DNA of 64,000 nucleotides from Thermodesulfobacteriota bacterium (GTDB lineage Bacteria > Desulfobacterota > Desulfarculia > JACQYL01). The position numbers and the translations under genes are program-made. Where the stretch lies: the NCBI GenBank assembly GCA_963675595.2, contig CAXXLZ010000002.1, positions 4,416,001 through 4,480,000 on the forward strand, in the 5' to 3' direction. Below, in pieces: positions 41,678 to 52,746 of this stretch; positions within the stretch are counted from its first letter, which is position 1; the number at the start of each line of letters is the position of its first letter. The notes beneath the pieces were generated by a model. It saw only the letters and a list, made by a program, of their open reading frames with translations. It was not told the origin of the DNA and did not search any database.

Positions 41678-42751
41678 ATGGAACTTATAGAACAGCTTGA
41701 AAAAATCGAAAGTCAGTACCTCGACCTCGAGAAAAAACTCAGTGATCCGGAGATAATCAGGGATCAGGATAGTTATCAGAAGTACGCCAAAGAACTTTCT
41801 TCTCTTTTACCCATCGTTTCCGCTTATAGGAACTACCGGGAAACTCTCGAGGAAATCCGCAAAAATCAAGACCTGTTGGATGAGTCGGACGAGGAACTAC
41901 GCCAGCTCGCTCGCGAGGAAATCCGTGCTTTGAAGCCTGTTTCCGAGGATCTGGAGCGGGAACTCAGAGAAATGCTCACTCCAAAGGACCCGAACGACGA
42001 AAAGAACTTGGTGCTTGAAATCCGGGCCGGCACCGGCGGTGAGGAAGCCGCTCTTTTCGCCGCGAGTCTGTTTCGGATGTATACCCGGTTTGCCGAATTG
42101 AAGCGATGGAAGGTGGATATCCTCAGCAGTCACACCACCGGGGTGGGGGGCTTCAAGGAAATCATCGCGCTGATCGAGGGGAAGGGCGCTTACAGCAGGC
42201 TCAAATTCGAAAGCGGCGTTCATCGGGTTCAGCGGGTTCCCGTCACCGAGACTCAGGGCAGGGTGCACACTTCCACCGTGACTGTGGCCGTGCTCCCTGA
42301 AGCGGAGGAGGTGGACGTGGATATCGAACCGGAGGAGTTGCGCATCGACGTCTATCGATCGAGCGGCCCGGGCGGACAGAGCGTGAACACTACCGATTCC
42401 GCGGTAAGAGTGACGCACCTGCCCACCGGCATCGTGGTGACCTGCCAGGACGAGAAGTCCCAACACAAGAACAAGGCCAAGGCTCTCCAGGTGCTTCGGG
42501 CGCGCCTGATGGACGCCAAACAAAGAGAACTCCATGAGGAAATCTCCAAGAGCCGAAAGAGCCAGGTGGGAACCGGGGAGCGCAGCGAAAGAATTCGAAC
42601 CTACAATTTTCCTCAGGGGCGGGTCACGGACCATCGAATCGGTCTGACCCTTTACAAGCTCGATACGATTCTGGAAGGAGAGCTTGAGCCGGTTATCGAA
42701 CCCCTTATCGCCAACTATCGAAGCCGGATGCAATCGTCTGATCAGCTTTGA
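41678..42751 (+). CDS. prfA: Peptide chain release factor 1
   Basis: [15 protein letters not shown] (PxT), GPGGQSVN and RIRTYNFPQ motifs. Confidence 0.98.
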   Translation: MELIEQLEKIESQYLDLEKKLSDPEIIRDQDSYQKYAKELSSLLPIVSAYRNYRETLEEIRKNQDLLDESDEELRQLAREEIRALKPVSEDLERELREMLTPKDPNDEKNLVLEIRAGTGGEEAALFAASLFRMYTRFAELKRWKVDILSSHTTGVGGFKEIIALIEGKGAYSRLKFESGVHRVQRVPVTETQGRVHTSTVTVAVLPEAEEVDVDIEPEELRIDVYRSSGPGGQSVNTTDSAVRVTHLPTGIVVTCQDEKSQHKNKAKALQVLRARLMDAKQRELHEEISKSRKSQVGTGERSERIRTYNFPQGRVTDHRIGLTLYKLDTILEGELEPVIEPLIANYRSRMQSSDQL

Positions 42752-43626
42752 CCACGACCAAGCCGGAACGTACCTGGACGATCCTGGAAGTGCTGCGGTG
42801 GACCGCCGATTATTTTTCGCAGCAACGGATCGCGGAACCGTGCGCTGCTGCGGAAGTTCTCCTGGCCCACGTGTTGGGTGTGGAAAGGATATCTCTCTAT
42901 CTCGACTTCGATAAGCCTCTCAGCCGTGAGGAACGTACGCGTTTTCGAGGCCTGATCCGAAGGCGGGCGGCCGGTGAACCCACCCAGTATCTCACAGGTC
43001 GCCAGGAATTCTGGTCGATGCCTTTCCAGGTGGATCGAAGTGTACTGATACCTCGGGTTGAGACCGAGCACCTGATCGAAGAAGCGATCCGGGTTTTCGA
43101 TAAGGGGCATGAGGGTGTATTCCTGGATATCGGCACGGGGTCCGGAGTGGTGGTCGCCTCTCTGGCCAAAGAGTTTCCTGGAGCACGTCTCGTGGCCACC
43201 GACCAATCCCTTGAAGCGCTTCAAACCGCGCGCCGCAATGTGGAACGTTTGGAACTCTCCGGACGCATTTCTTTCGCGGCCATGGACTTGTTCTCCGCTT
43301 TGCGGAGCGGACCGCACTTCGATCTGATCGCCGCTAATCCCCCCTACGTGTCCACGGAAGAATATTTCAACCTCGAAAAGGAAATCCGGGAGTTCGAACC
43401 GAGGGCGGCGCTTGAGGCGGGGGAGGACGGGCTGAGCTGTCTGAGGCGCATCCTGTTGGAGGCCCATCGTTTTCTGAAGCCCGGTGGTTGGGTTCTGCTG
43501 GAAATCGGCTCCGGACAGGAAGAAGCGGTCCGAAAACTGGCCCTTGAGGCAGGTTCTTACTCGTCCGTGGACGTGTCGTGTGATTACGCCGGACTTCCAA
43601 GAATACTTCGAGCCCAAAGAGGATAG
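42748..43626 (+). CDS. prmC: Release factor glutamine methyltransferase
   Basis: [16 protein letters not shown] and NPPY motifs; TTG start overlaps the prfA stop. Confidence 0.95.
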   Translation: MTTTKPERTWTILEVLRWTADYFSQQRIAEPCAAAEVLLAHVLGVERISLYLDFDKPLSREERTRFRGLIRRRAAGEPTQYLTGRQEFWSMPFQVDRSVLIPRVETEHLIEEAIRVFDKGHEGVFLDIGTGSGVVVASLAKEFPGARLVATDQSLEALQTARRNVERLELSGRISFAAMDLFSALRSGPHFDLIAANPPYVSTEEYFNLEKEIREFEPRAALEAGEDGLSCLRRILLEAHRFLKPGGWVLLEIGSGQEEAVRKLALEAGSYSSVDVSCDYAGLPRILRAQRG

Positions 43627-43629
43627 GCC

Positions 43630-44943
43630 ATGGATAAGATTGGAATCGAAGGTGGTCGGCGCCTTTGCGGGGTCGTGGAGGCGAGCGGAGCCAAGAATGC
43701 CGCTTTGCCGATCCTCGCCTCATCGATTCTGACGGAGGGCCGCAACGTTTTCCGAAGCATTCCAAAGTTGCGGGACGTCGCCACGATCAGAGAGCTGTTG
43801 GGCTCCTTGGGGGTTCGGTTCGAAGAAACGCAGGCCGGCCTGGAGGTGGATGCAACGGACATTTCCGGCTGGGAAGCTCCTTATGATCTGGTAAAGACCA
43901 TGCGCGCTTCGGTACTGGTTTTGGGGCCTCTGGTCGCCCGTTTCGGGAGGGCCAAGGTCTCTTTGCCTGGTGGTTGCGCCATTGGGGCCCGGCCCATCGA
44001 TTTGCATTTGGCCGGTCTAGAAAAGATGGGGGCCGAGATCACCCTTGAGCAGGGATACGTCCTGGCAAGAGCAGGCCGGCTTAAGGGGGCGGAAATCGAT
44101 CTGGATCTGCCTACGGTAACGGGAACCGAAAACCTTCTTATGGCGGCGGGGCTCGCGCAAGGGGTGACGGTAATTCGCAACGCCGCCAAAGAGCCTGAAG
44201 TGGTGGATCTTGCCGAGGCGCTGATCAAAATGGGTGCCCGGATTCAGGGCCAGGGGACTTCGGTCTTGACCGTGGAAGGGGTGGATTCCCTGCACGGTGC
44301 CACGCACACGGTGATTCCCGATCGAATCGAAACCGGGACCTTGATGGTGGCGGGAGCCATCACCGACGGCGACGTTTGGATACGTAACGCAAGGCTGGAT
44401 CATTTGCGCGCTTTCGGAGAGAAACTGTCCGCAGCCGGAGTCGATCTCAGAGAGGAAGCTGAAGGTGGGGTTCGCGTATTGGGTCGACAGGCCGTTCGAG
44501 GCGTGGACATCACTACGGCCCCTTTTCCCGGCTTCCCGACGGACATGCAAGCGCAATTCATGGCTCTCATGAGTATTTCCAATGGTCTGAGCGTGATCAC
44601 GGAAAATGTTTTCGAAAATCGTTTCATGCATGTGAGTGAACTTCGCCGCATGGGAGCCGATGTACAGGTGGTAGGGAGAAATGCGGTGGTTCGGGGCGTT
44701 CCCAAGTTGGATGGAGCCCCCGTCATGGCCACGGACCTTCGTGCCAGTGCCTCCCTTGTGTTGGCCGGTTTGGCGGCGAAGGGGAGAACGGTGGTTGATC
44801 GGGTATATCACCTGGACCGTGGTTACGAAGCGCTCGAACTCAAACTATCTTCACTGGGCGCGGCCATAGAAAGAGTTCAGGAAAAGAAGGCCTCGCAAGC
44901 GGAGTCGGTTCAGGAGGATATGCTGCAGAAACGTATCTTCTGA
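43630..44943 (+). CDS. murA: UDP-N-acetylglucosamine 1-carboxyvinyltransferase
   Basis: [36 protein letters not shown] and HLDRGYE motifs. Confidence 0.98.
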   Translation: MDKIGIEGGRRLCGVVEASGAKNAALPILASSILTEGRNVFRSIPKLRDVATIRELLGSLGVRFEETQAGLEVDATDISGWEAPYDLVKTMRASVLVLGPLVARFGRAKVSLPGGCAIGARPIDLHLAGLEKMGAEITLEQGYVLARAGRLKGAEIDLDLPTVTGTENLLMAAGLAQGVTVIRNAAKEPEVVDLAEALIKMGARIQGQGTSVLTVEGVDSLHGATHTVIPDRIETGTLMVAGAITDGDVWIRNARLDHLRAFGEKLSAAGVDLREEAEGGVRVLGRQAVRGVDITTAPFPGFPTDMQAQFMALMSISNGLSVITENVFENRFMHVSELRRMGADVQVVGRNAVVRGVPKLDGAPVMATDLRASASLVLAGLAAKGRTVVDRVYHLDRGYEALELKLSSLGAAIERVQEKKASQAESVQEDMLQKRIF

Positions 44944-45024
44944 CCCCTGCCATCCGGTTCCGGTCGTGCCTGAGGGTATAAGGCGTTCATTCCGCCCAAG
45001 CCTGCTCGAGTTCTGGAAACCTTC

Positions 45025-47442
45025 ATGGTGACCCGACCCCTGGTGATTTGCGTCCTATCTTTCGCGGCCGGGATTCTCTCGGCTGCCCAACTCCTCCCTT
45101 TTTCCGGTTCGTTTCTTGTTCCCATTCTTTGTGCATCCGCCGCAGCCCTGGTGTTCGTCGGACTTACCAGGCTCAGGGCGGCCTCATGCGTGTTGTTGTT
45201 TCTTTTGCTCGGAATGCTTTACGGAATGCCTGCGGCTGAGCCGGGGAGAAGTGAAGACCATGTGGTGAGGTTGTGTGACCGGGGAGGTCTTTTCCCGGTG
45301 CTGGCACGAATCGTTGACGACCCGAGACACCAAGAGGATCGGGTGATTTTCACCATTGAGGCCGAGGGACGGCTTAAGGGGGGGCGTTGGGTGCCTTGCC
45401 GAGGAAAAGTCCGCACCACGATCCTGCGGCCGCAACACAATTACTGCTCGGGTCAGTGGTTTGTACTGCCGCTCAAGCCCGGGCGTCCCCGGAACTATCA
45501 AAATCCAGGAGCGTTCGACTACGTTTCGTATCTTGCACGAAGGGGTGTTTATGCCACCGCCTTCCTCAAGAATGATGCAAACGTGGTACCGGTAATTCCT
45601 CAAAGCCGCTCCTTCATGGACAAGGTTCAGGCATTCCGGAGCCGTCTTGCCGAGTTCTTCGAATCCAGACTCGCCCCTTTGGAGAGCTCGGTGCTCAAAG
45701 CAATGGTACTGGGTAACCGGGGATATGTAGGTGCGGAAGTGCGTGAAGCGTTTCAGCGCACGGGCACTGGGCACCTGTTGGCTGTTTCCGGGCTGCATAT
45801 GGGCATGGTGGCTCTCACGTCGTTTTTTGTGATCAACCGGCTGCTCAGGCGAAGCCCTTGGCTGCTCGCCCGGATCAACGTATCCAAGGCGGCCTTGACG
45901 GCGGTCATAGTTCCTTTAGGGGGCTATGCGCTCGTAGCGGGAGGGTCCGTATCCGCTTTACGGGCGTTCTTCATGGTGGTGTGTTTCCTGGCGGCTTGGC
46001 TCCTGGATAGGGACGGGGACCCGTTGTCCGCACTGGCTCTGGCCGGACTGGTGACTTTGGCCGGGCGGCCGCAGGCGATCCAAGAGGTTTCCTTTCAATT
46101 CTCCTATGTTGCCGTCACCGCCCTCATCTGCATGGGAGGACTTGGGCGGACCGGACCCGGCGCGGGAAAAGTCGCCGGGTACGCAAGAGGCCTCGTCGTG
46201 GTGTCTGCCGTTGCGTGGTTGGCGACAACTCCCATTGGGGCGCGACACTTCAATCAGATTTCTTTGCTCAGCGTTCCCGCCAACTGCCTACTGGTGCCCG
46301 TGGTCGGACTTTGGGTGCTTCCATTGGGGCTGCTCTCCGCACTGCTTCATCCATTACAGTCGAGTCTTTCGGGCTGGGTGTTGGATATCGCCGCCTTTCC
46401 ACTATACTGGGCTGCGGATGCCGTCCGAACCATTGCCCGTTGGCCTTGGTGCACGGTAAAGGTGTTTACTCCTCGCTGGATCGAGATCGCGGGTTTTCTA
46501 ACCGTACTCCTGCTCGCATTGAACTTTCGACGATGGAAAGGGGCCAAATGGGCGATTGCCGGTGTCCTGGTATTGGGTCTCGCGGATACGGCCTACTGGG
46601 TATATCGTTCGATGAGTCCTCAAGAGTTTTCCATTACTTTCTTGGATGTAGGACAGGGGAATTCTGCAGTGGTGACATTTCCCGGCGGATCCGTGATGGT
46701 TGTCGACGGTGGGGGTACGTGGTCGGAATCATTTGACATGGGTGAACGGGTGGTGGCTCCCTATTTGTGGTGGAATCGGATTATGCATGTGGACACTTTG
46801 GTGCTGACTCATGCTGAAAGGGACCATATGGAGGGTCTGGTCTATTTGGCGGAGCACTTCGGGGTTCGAGAGCTGTGGACTTCGGGCCGAGAAGGAGATT
46901 CGGAAGTCTGGCGGCGTCTCATGGAAGTCGTTGGAAGAAAGGGAATCCGCCATCGCGTGATGTCGGCGGAGATGCCGACGGTGGTGACGGGCGGCGTGTC
47001 GACACGAGTGCTTCATCCGGGGAGGGCGACGGTAGGCGATGAGGGAATGAGCTGGAATTCCAACAACTACTCCCTTGTGCTGCAGATGAGCATGGACGGT
47101 TTGGGCGTGCTCTTGCCGGGAGATATCGAGGCGCTGGGGGAAGAGGCTTTGGTGGTTTCAGGTACTTCCTTGTCGTCGGACGTGATTCTTGCGCCGCATC
47201 ACGGTAGCGGGACATCGAGCACCAATCTGTTTCTGGACGCCGTGAATCCGGGTGTTGTGGTATTTAGCGCAGGGTCGAGAAACCCATGGGGATTTCCGGC
47301 GGCAGACGTGGTGCGCAGGTATTCCGAGCGAGGTTGCGCGGTCTACCGAACGGACCGTGACGGCGCGGTGAGTCTGGTCGCAAATGAGGGAGGAGTTGCG
47401 GTGCGAACGTACGTGGGGCGGAATTCCGGCGGAGAACCTTGA
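45025..47442 (+). CDS. comEC: DNA internalisation competence protein ComEC/Rec2
   Basis: NPGAFDY, HLLAVSGLH, FLDVGQG, LTHAERDH, PGDIE, PHHGS and RTDRDGAV motifs. Confidence 0.92.
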   Translation: MVTRPLVICVLSFAAGILSAAQLLPFSGSFLVPILCASAAALVFVGLTRLRAASCVLLFLLLGMLYGMPAAEPGRSEDHVVRLCDRGGLFPVLARIVDDPRHQEDRVIFTIEAEGRLKGGRWVPCRGKVRTTILRPQHNYCSGQWFVLPLKPGRPRNYQNPGAFDYVSYLARRGVYATAFLKNDANVVPVIPQSRSFMDKVQAFRSRLAEFFESRLAPLESSVLKAMVLGNRGYVGAEVREAFQRTGTGHLLAVSGLHMGMVALTSFFVINRLLRRSPWLLARINVSKAALTAVIVPLGGYALVAGGSVSALRAFFMVVCFLAAWLLDRDGDPLSALALAGLVTLAGRPQAIQEVSFQFSYVAVTALICMGGLGRTGPGAGKVAGYARGLVVVSAVAWLATTPIGARHFNQISLLSVPANCLLVPVVGLWVLPLGLLSALLHPLQSSLSGWVLDIAAFPLYWAADAVRTIARWPWCTVKVFTPRWIEIAGFLTVLLLALNFRRWKGAKWAIAGVLVLGLADTAYWVYRSMSPQEFSITFLDVGQGNSAVVTFPGGSVMVVDGGGTWSESFDMGERVVAPYLWWNRIMHVDTLVLTHAERDHMEGLVYLAEHFGVRELWTSGREGDSEVWRRLMEVVGRKGIRHRVMSAEMPTVVTGGVSTRVLHPGRATVGDEGMSWNSNNYSLVLQMSMDGLGVLLPGDIEALGEEALVVSGTSLSSDVILAPHHGSGTSSTNLFLDAVNPGVVVFSAGSRNPWGFPAADVVRRYSERGCAVYRTDRDGAVSLVANEGGVAVRTYVGRNSGGEP

Positions 47443-48083
47443 TGGGATGAAGAGTAAGGGGGCTGAATTCATGGTCGAGGGAATAGGTGCCCGCACCGTC
47501 GAACAGCCTGAATTAGTCGAATGCGACGCCTAGTGATTTGCTCGGCGATCATGATGCCGAAACGGTTCGGACATAACGAAACTTGTCGGCTCGGAGGTAA
47601 GAAGTCTCTCCCTTTGGAACTTGCCGCGGGATCCTCGGAGAGAAAGGGGAAAGGGCCGGGATATGTCCGGCATACATAATGGTCCAGGTGCAGGAAATCT
47701 CTTGCTAAACTCCGTTGATTTGTGTAAAGTTCCCAACGGATTATCAGGCCGAATGCCGAATAATCGAGCGTATATTGAATTTTCCAAAGAAATCGGGAGA
47801 ACTCTTCGAAGACACCATAAGAGATGGTGAAGCAACTTCACGGCCTGCGTGTGGATACTCGTGATGTGTCTTTGAAAGAACAATCTTACGATCTGTAATG
47901 CATTCATGGTTCGGTTTCGAGTCCTTCCGGTGCGCGGCGGAACAAAGGCGGCTCTCACGATTCGGAGGACGGGTGGCTCATTCCGACCGGCGGTGGGCGA
48001 AATGGTCCGGGCGGAGAAACAACGGTCCGGCGAATGCGAGGCGGGATCCGCAGCGGATGTGCTTTGTGGCCTTGTGTGCATGA

Positions 48084-48099
48084 GGGCATAATTCTTGCT
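48084..48099 (+). promoter_or_regulatory. Sigma-54 (-24/-12) promoter upstream of the large surface protein
   Basis: GGGCAT-AATTC-TTGCT with GG-N10-GC spacing; a TGT-N10-ACA site lies at 47867-47882. Confidence 0.6.
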
Positions 48100-48319
48100 T
48101 TCAGTTAGTGAAGGGTTTTTTTGTCCTTCCTTCACACTTACGTTTTCGATGTATGGAAGAAATTTGGGTGAGCCGAAAGGGGGAAAGCCGGTCGGCCGGT
48201 GTGAGATGCCGGTGGCGAGGGCCGCACCGCGGCCGGAGCATCGCGGAAACCGCGCGCCCTTCGTGGGGGCAGCGTGAAGATAAATTAAGCGACATTTTTT
48301 TGGAATAGGAGCGAACCAA

Positions 48320-51300
48320 ATGAAAGTACGTTACGTTCGGCTGTTATTCATCGCTGTCGCCCTGTGCTGCGTGGTCCTGCCCGCGATGCAGGCAAAGGCC
48401 GCGGTGGACATTGCGGGGTGGGACCATTCCATGGTCTTGGTCAATTGTCCCATCCACACCGGTGTTCTCGCCACGCGCACGGTGACGGCATTCGGCGACA
48501 ACACCCATTACCAGTTCGGTAACCCTGCGTTGGGGGCCGGACCGGGAGTGGTGCTCAACGGCGCCACGACTAATCCGCTGTATGGGGTCATTGCGGTGGC
48601 GGCGGGAGAACGTCATACGATCTTCCTCAGGTCCAACGGCACGGTGTGGATCGCCGGGACACAGTTGCCGGGCCACAGCGGCAGCGGGGAGGCTGTAAAT
48701 TATATGGCTTCTCCGGTTCCCTGGCTGACCAACGTGGTGGCCATCGCCGCCGGAAGGTATCATTCCATGGCACTCACCTCGGCGGGCCTGCTCTACACTT
48801 GGGGGCTGAACACCAACGGGGAATTGGGTTTGGGGAACACCACGCACACTCCCTATCCCAAGCTCGTGGCCGGAACTTATCGGGCCATCGCCGGGGGGTG
48901 GGAACATTCCGCCGCGGTGGGAACCGACGGAAAACTGTATTTGTGGGGGAAAAACGCCTCCGGTCAGCTCGGGGACGGCACCGTGGCGCAGAGTCTTTCT
49001 CCCAAGGTGCTCTCTTCCTCCAGCAACGTCATTGACGTGGCTCTCGGCAAAGGCTTCACCATCTATGTTCAGGGCGACGGCACCGTCTACGGCATGGGAA
49101 GGAACGACAAAGGCCAATTGGGCTTGGGGGATTTCACCAACCGATTGACCCCCGTTGCCATCGACGGGCTTGAGCGTGCCGATAACCCCGATGCGCGCGT
49201 TTTCGACGTGGCGGCCGGCGAAAATCATGCCTTGGCGTTGTACGATGACGGAATCATCTATTCCTGGGGCGACAACGCCTGGGGGCAGCTCGGCAACGGG
49301 GCGTTCGCCGAAGTCAAGAATATTCCCGTGAAAGTCAACAACATCAATTCCGGCGGCCAGATCGATGCGGGCGCCAACCACTCCATGGTGGTGACCAACG
49401 CCGGCTGCGATACGGCCGGCGGGGTCTACATGTGGGGTCTGAACAATAAGCGGCAGGTGGTTCCCACCGGCACGCCCGCTGAATTTTACGTGAACCCCAC
49501 CACCATCGGATTGACCACCTGTTCCCAACTACCCACTTTGTACCTGTCAAACAACAGTTGCGTGGAAACCACCGACCCCGAACAGCAGATCGAGGTGGCG
49601 GTGAATATGGTGGATGCCGTCAACCCGGTGAAGTTTCTCAAATTCGACATCGTCTTCCCGGATACTTGTCTGACGTGGACCGGTATGAACACCGCCAGCC
49701 CGTCTTTGCTTCAGAACTGGACCAAGTCCTGGGTTCGAACGGGGAACCGCATTCGCACCATTTTCACCATCGGAGCGGACGCGAGCAAGACTCTGGCGGC
49801 AGGCACCAGCGGGAAACTCTTCGGCATCAAATTCAACGTCAACGACTGCCGATGCGACTGCGCCGACGTTTACCTGGACTCTCTTCCGGACCAGGCCAGT
49901 CCCGATTCGGATGATACGTTGCTCTTCGGTATATACGGGACCGCCGACGACGTAACCGCTGCGGACAACTGGTGCCAGGATTGGGGCAAGGTGACCCGCG
50001 TTCCCATTATCGAAGAATTTACGGCCAACGACATGAGCGTTGCGGAGATCGAGCAGGGAGACCCGGTGACCCTCCAGTGGTCGGTGGATCCCAACGACAC
50101 CGTACCGACCGTGTTCCTGGTGCCCAACCCGGACGACGGAGTGGTTGTCTTTGTTGAAGAATTGTGGTCGCTGTACGGCGGAGTGGGCACCAAGGACGAC
50201 AATCCCGTCTATGATACCGTGTACGGACTCATCATCAACAACAGCTGCGGTGGAGCGGCCTCCGAGTCCGTGACCGTGGACGTGACCAACGTCGGCCCCC
50301 AACCGCCGGTAGCCGTGATCACCGAACCGGCGGCCGCGACCAGCACGGTGGACCGGGCCACGACGAGTATCGTGTATCTCGACGGCTGCGCTTCCTACAC
50401 CGTGCCGGCGGGGGGGACCCTGTCCTACCTTTGGCAGAAAGTAAGCGGCCCAGCCGTCACCATTCAGAATACCGGTACACCGTGTCGAGCCTACTTCGTG
50501 CCTCCGACAACCACGGGAACCCTCGTGTTCTCCTTGACGGTGACCGATACTTCCACGGCGCTCACCGACGTGGAAACGCGCACCATCATCATTACCGACA
50601 GCGGATCCGGGGGCGGCAACACGGCTCCGGTGGCCGACGCGGGTCCGGAAACGGTGACCGTGCTGGAAGGCCAGACCGTGGTGTTGAGCGGTGTGAATTC
50701 CTATGATCCGGATGGAGACACGCTCACCTACCTCTGGGAGCAGATATCCGGTCCTGCGATCACCATCGCTGCGCCGACCAACGCGACCACCTCTTTTGTG
50801 GCTCCGGCCGTGGGTTCCTCCGGCGCGGAAATCGTGATCCGTCTGACGGTTCGGGATACGTCCAACGCAGCGGACACGGATTCTCTTCTGGTGGGCGTGG
50901 TGCCCGAAGGTTCGGAAACCAACAACCCGCCGGTGGCCGTCATTGCCGGTGCCGAAACCCAGGTGGCCGTGCCGGGTCAGACTTTCACCCTCAATGGAGC
51001 CGGTTCGTACGATCCGGACGGAGACACCATTACCTACAAGTGGGTACAGATATCCGGACCCACCGTCACCATCAACGGCTCCACTTCGGCAACCGCGAGC
51101 TTCCTGGTCCCGAATGTGACGGGTAGTGCGGAAATCGTCATTCAGCTCCAGGTAAGGGATACCAGCAGCGCCTTGGGCACCGACGGAATCCTCATTGGAG
51201 TAGTGAGTGAAACACCCACCGAAAACGACCCGCCCGTGGCCAACGCAGGTCCTGACCAGGTAGTGACGACCGGACAGGTTGTCATTCTCGACGGCACCGG

Positions 51301-52441
51301 TTCCTATGATCCCGACGGAGATACGTTGACCTACCAGTGGGGTCTTACCTCCGGTCCCGCCGTGGCATTAAGCAGCGACACGTCCGCCTCGCCGACCTTT
51401 ACCGCTCCCTCTGTGGGGAGTTCGGGGGCCACGTTGGTGTTCACCCTCCAGGTGGGCGACGGTAAGGGCGGAGCCGCCTCCGATACCGTGCAGATCTTCG
51501 TGGAAAGTGCCGGACCTCCGGTGGCCAACGCCGGACCGGATCAGGTGGTGATGGAAGGCCAAACGGTGATTCTGAACGGGTCCAATTCCTATGATCCCAA
51601 GGGCGGACCGCTGACCTTCGCATGGACCTTGCTCAACCAGGGCATCTCCATTGATCCGGAGGACGACACGGGAATCGTTACCTGGTTCCAAGCGCCTTCC
51701 GTGCCCGCAGGCACCGGCCCGGACGGCATCGTGTTGAACATTAAACTGACCGTTGCGGACCAGTACCTGGAAACAGCGACCGATCAGGTCAACATTACCG
51801 TGCTGCCGGCCGCATCCTTGTCGCCCGTGACCGTGGGAGGCATCTACAAGAACGTGCCCATGGGATCGGGAGATACCGTATCGTGGAACGCGTACCTGCA
51901 GACCTACACGGACGGTTCGTTGCTGGTGATCCTGACCCAGGACTTGGTGAAGTTTTACGTGTTCACGGATTCGGATTGGACCGACGGCGTGACCATGAAG
52001 GCGGACGACACCGGATCGGGACTCAACCTGACCCTTGAGTACAACGGGGACGGCAGCATGTCGGCCGGCTTGGTCAACGGAGGCGATCCCATCGCGTTCA
52101 CTTTGTACAAGTGGTTCGAGTCCATAGACAGCGACTCTCCGCTGGATGGAATCCACAAAGAGTTGTTCAAGATCAATCTGTTTGCCCAAACCTATAAGGC
52201 ATACCAATCGGCGATCTTCATCTATACGGTGGATTACTCGAAGTTCTACGTATTCGTGGATCCTGATTGGACCGATGGAACCAGCCTGACCAACGATGAG
52301 GGAAATCACGGCTGGGATATGAATCTGGTCGAGGATGGAGGGGAGGCCACGCACATCGCCACCCTGACCCTTGATAGCGGAATTCCCAACGCCTACAATC
52401 TGGTGAAGGTTATGGATGCTCCGGCCTACCAGGCCGAGTGA
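48320..52441 (+). CDS. Large secreted/surface protein: RCC1-like beta-propeller, cohesin-like and Ig domains, five PKD/K319-like repeats, duplicated C-terminal domain
   Basis: Signal peptide ending AKA; repeated AAG..HS...WG.N..GQLG; repeated P.A.AGP....V.L.G..SYDPDG..LTY.W.Q.SGP units; AGGAG RBS. Confidence 0.88.
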   Translation: MKVRYVRLLFIAVALCCVVLPAMQAKAAVDIAGWDHSMVLVNCPIHTGVLATRTVTAFGDNTHYQFGNPALGAGPGVVLNGATTNPLYGVIAVAAGERHTIFLRSNGTVWIAGTQLPGHSGSGEAVNYMASPVPWLTNVVAIAAGRYHSMALTSAGLLYTWGLNTNGELGLGNTTHTPYPKLVAGTYRAIAGGWEHSAAVGTDGKLYLWGKNASGQLGDGTVAQSLSPKVLSSSSNVIDVALGKGFTIYVQGDGTVYGMGRNDKGQLGLGDFTNRLTPVAIDGLERADNPDARVFDVAAGENHALALYDDGIIYSWGDNAWGQLGNGAFAEVKNIPVKVNNINSGGQIDAGANHSMVVTNAGCDTAGGVYMWGLNNKRQVVPTGTPAEFYVNPTTIGLTTCSQLPTLYLSNNSCVETTDPEQQIEVAVNMVDAVNPVKFLKFDIVFPDTCLTWTGMNTASPSLLQNWTKSWVRTGNRIRTIFTIGADASKTLAAGTSGKLFGIKFNVNDCRCDCADVYLDSLPDQASPDSDDTLLFGIYGTADDVTAADNWCQDWGKVTRVPIIEEFTANDMSVAEIEQGDPVTLQWSVDPNDTVPTVFLVPNPDDGVVVFVEELWSLYGGVGTKDDNPVYDTVYGLIINNSCGGAASESVTVDVTNVGPQPPVAVITEPAAATSTVDRATTSIVYLDGCASYTVPAGGTLSYLWQKVSGPAVTIQNTGTPCRAYFVPPTTTGTLVFSLTVTDTSTALTDVETRTIIITDSGSGGGNTAPVADAGPETVTVLEGQTVVLSGVNSYDPDGDTLTYLWEQISGPAITIAAPTNATTSFVAPAVGSSGAEIVIRLTVRDTSNAADTDSLLVGVVPEGSETNNPPVAVIAGAETQVAVPGQTFTLNGAGSYDPDGDTITYKWVQISGPTVTINGSTSATASFLVPNVTGSAEIVIQLQVRDTSSALGTDGILIGVVSETPTENDPPVANAGPDQVVTTGQVVILDGTGSYDPDGDTLTYQWGLTSGPAVALSSDTSASPTFTAPSVGSSGATLVFTLQVGDGKGGAASDTVQIFVESAGPPVANAGPDQVVMEGQTVILNGSNSYDPKGGPLTFAWTLLNQGISIDPEDDTGIVTWFQAPSVPAGTGPDGIVLNIKLTVADQYLETATDQVNITVLPAASLSPVTVGGIYKNVPMGSGDTVSWNAYLQTYTDGSLLVILTQDLVKFYVFTDSDWTDGVTMKADDTGSGLNLTLEYNGDGSMSAGLVNGGDPIAFTLYKWFESIDSDSPLDGIHKELFKINLFAQTYKAYQSAIFIYTVDYSKFYVFVDPDWTDGTSLTNDEGNHGWDMNLVEDGGEATHIATLTLDSGIPNAYNLVKVMDAPAYQAE
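50300..51805 (+). repeat. Five tandem ~100-aa PKD/K319-like Ig repeats within the surface protein
   Basis: Recurring DNA motif TAYGATCCSGAYGGAGAYAC near 50702, 51007 and 51305, with diverged first and fifth copies. Confidence 0.8.
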
Positions 52442-52472
52442 TCCTGAAGTACAAGATCACCTGATTTGAATC

Positions 52473-52506
52473 AAAAGGCCCCGGCTTGGAAGTCGGGGCC
52501 TTTTTT
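52473..52506 (+). terminator. Intrinsic terminator
   Basis: AAAAGGCCCCGGCTT-GG-AAGTCGGGGCC-TTTTTT. Confidence 0.9.
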
Positions 52507-52746
52507 CGTCATAGGATCGAGATGTCGCAGACGGCGGGCCGGAACCCGAGGCGTCGTCCGCCGTCGTCCCTCATCACCTCGGATCGTGAACGCGAAGAAC
52601 AAGAAATATCCCTCTCATCCGAGCGCTTTTCGGATTGCTTGAGTAGGGAGGTCACTTTGAATAGTCTGGAGTTCGCGAACTTGGTTTCGGACAAGGTGGA
52701 ACGGTATGTTTGATGGGTCGATTTCCCAAGTCGCGGGAGGGGGCAT

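Noticed and set aside
47530-48319. ORF-track frames between comEC and the surface protein
   Set aside because: No motifs or RBS support; better explained as promoter, enhancer and leader sequence.
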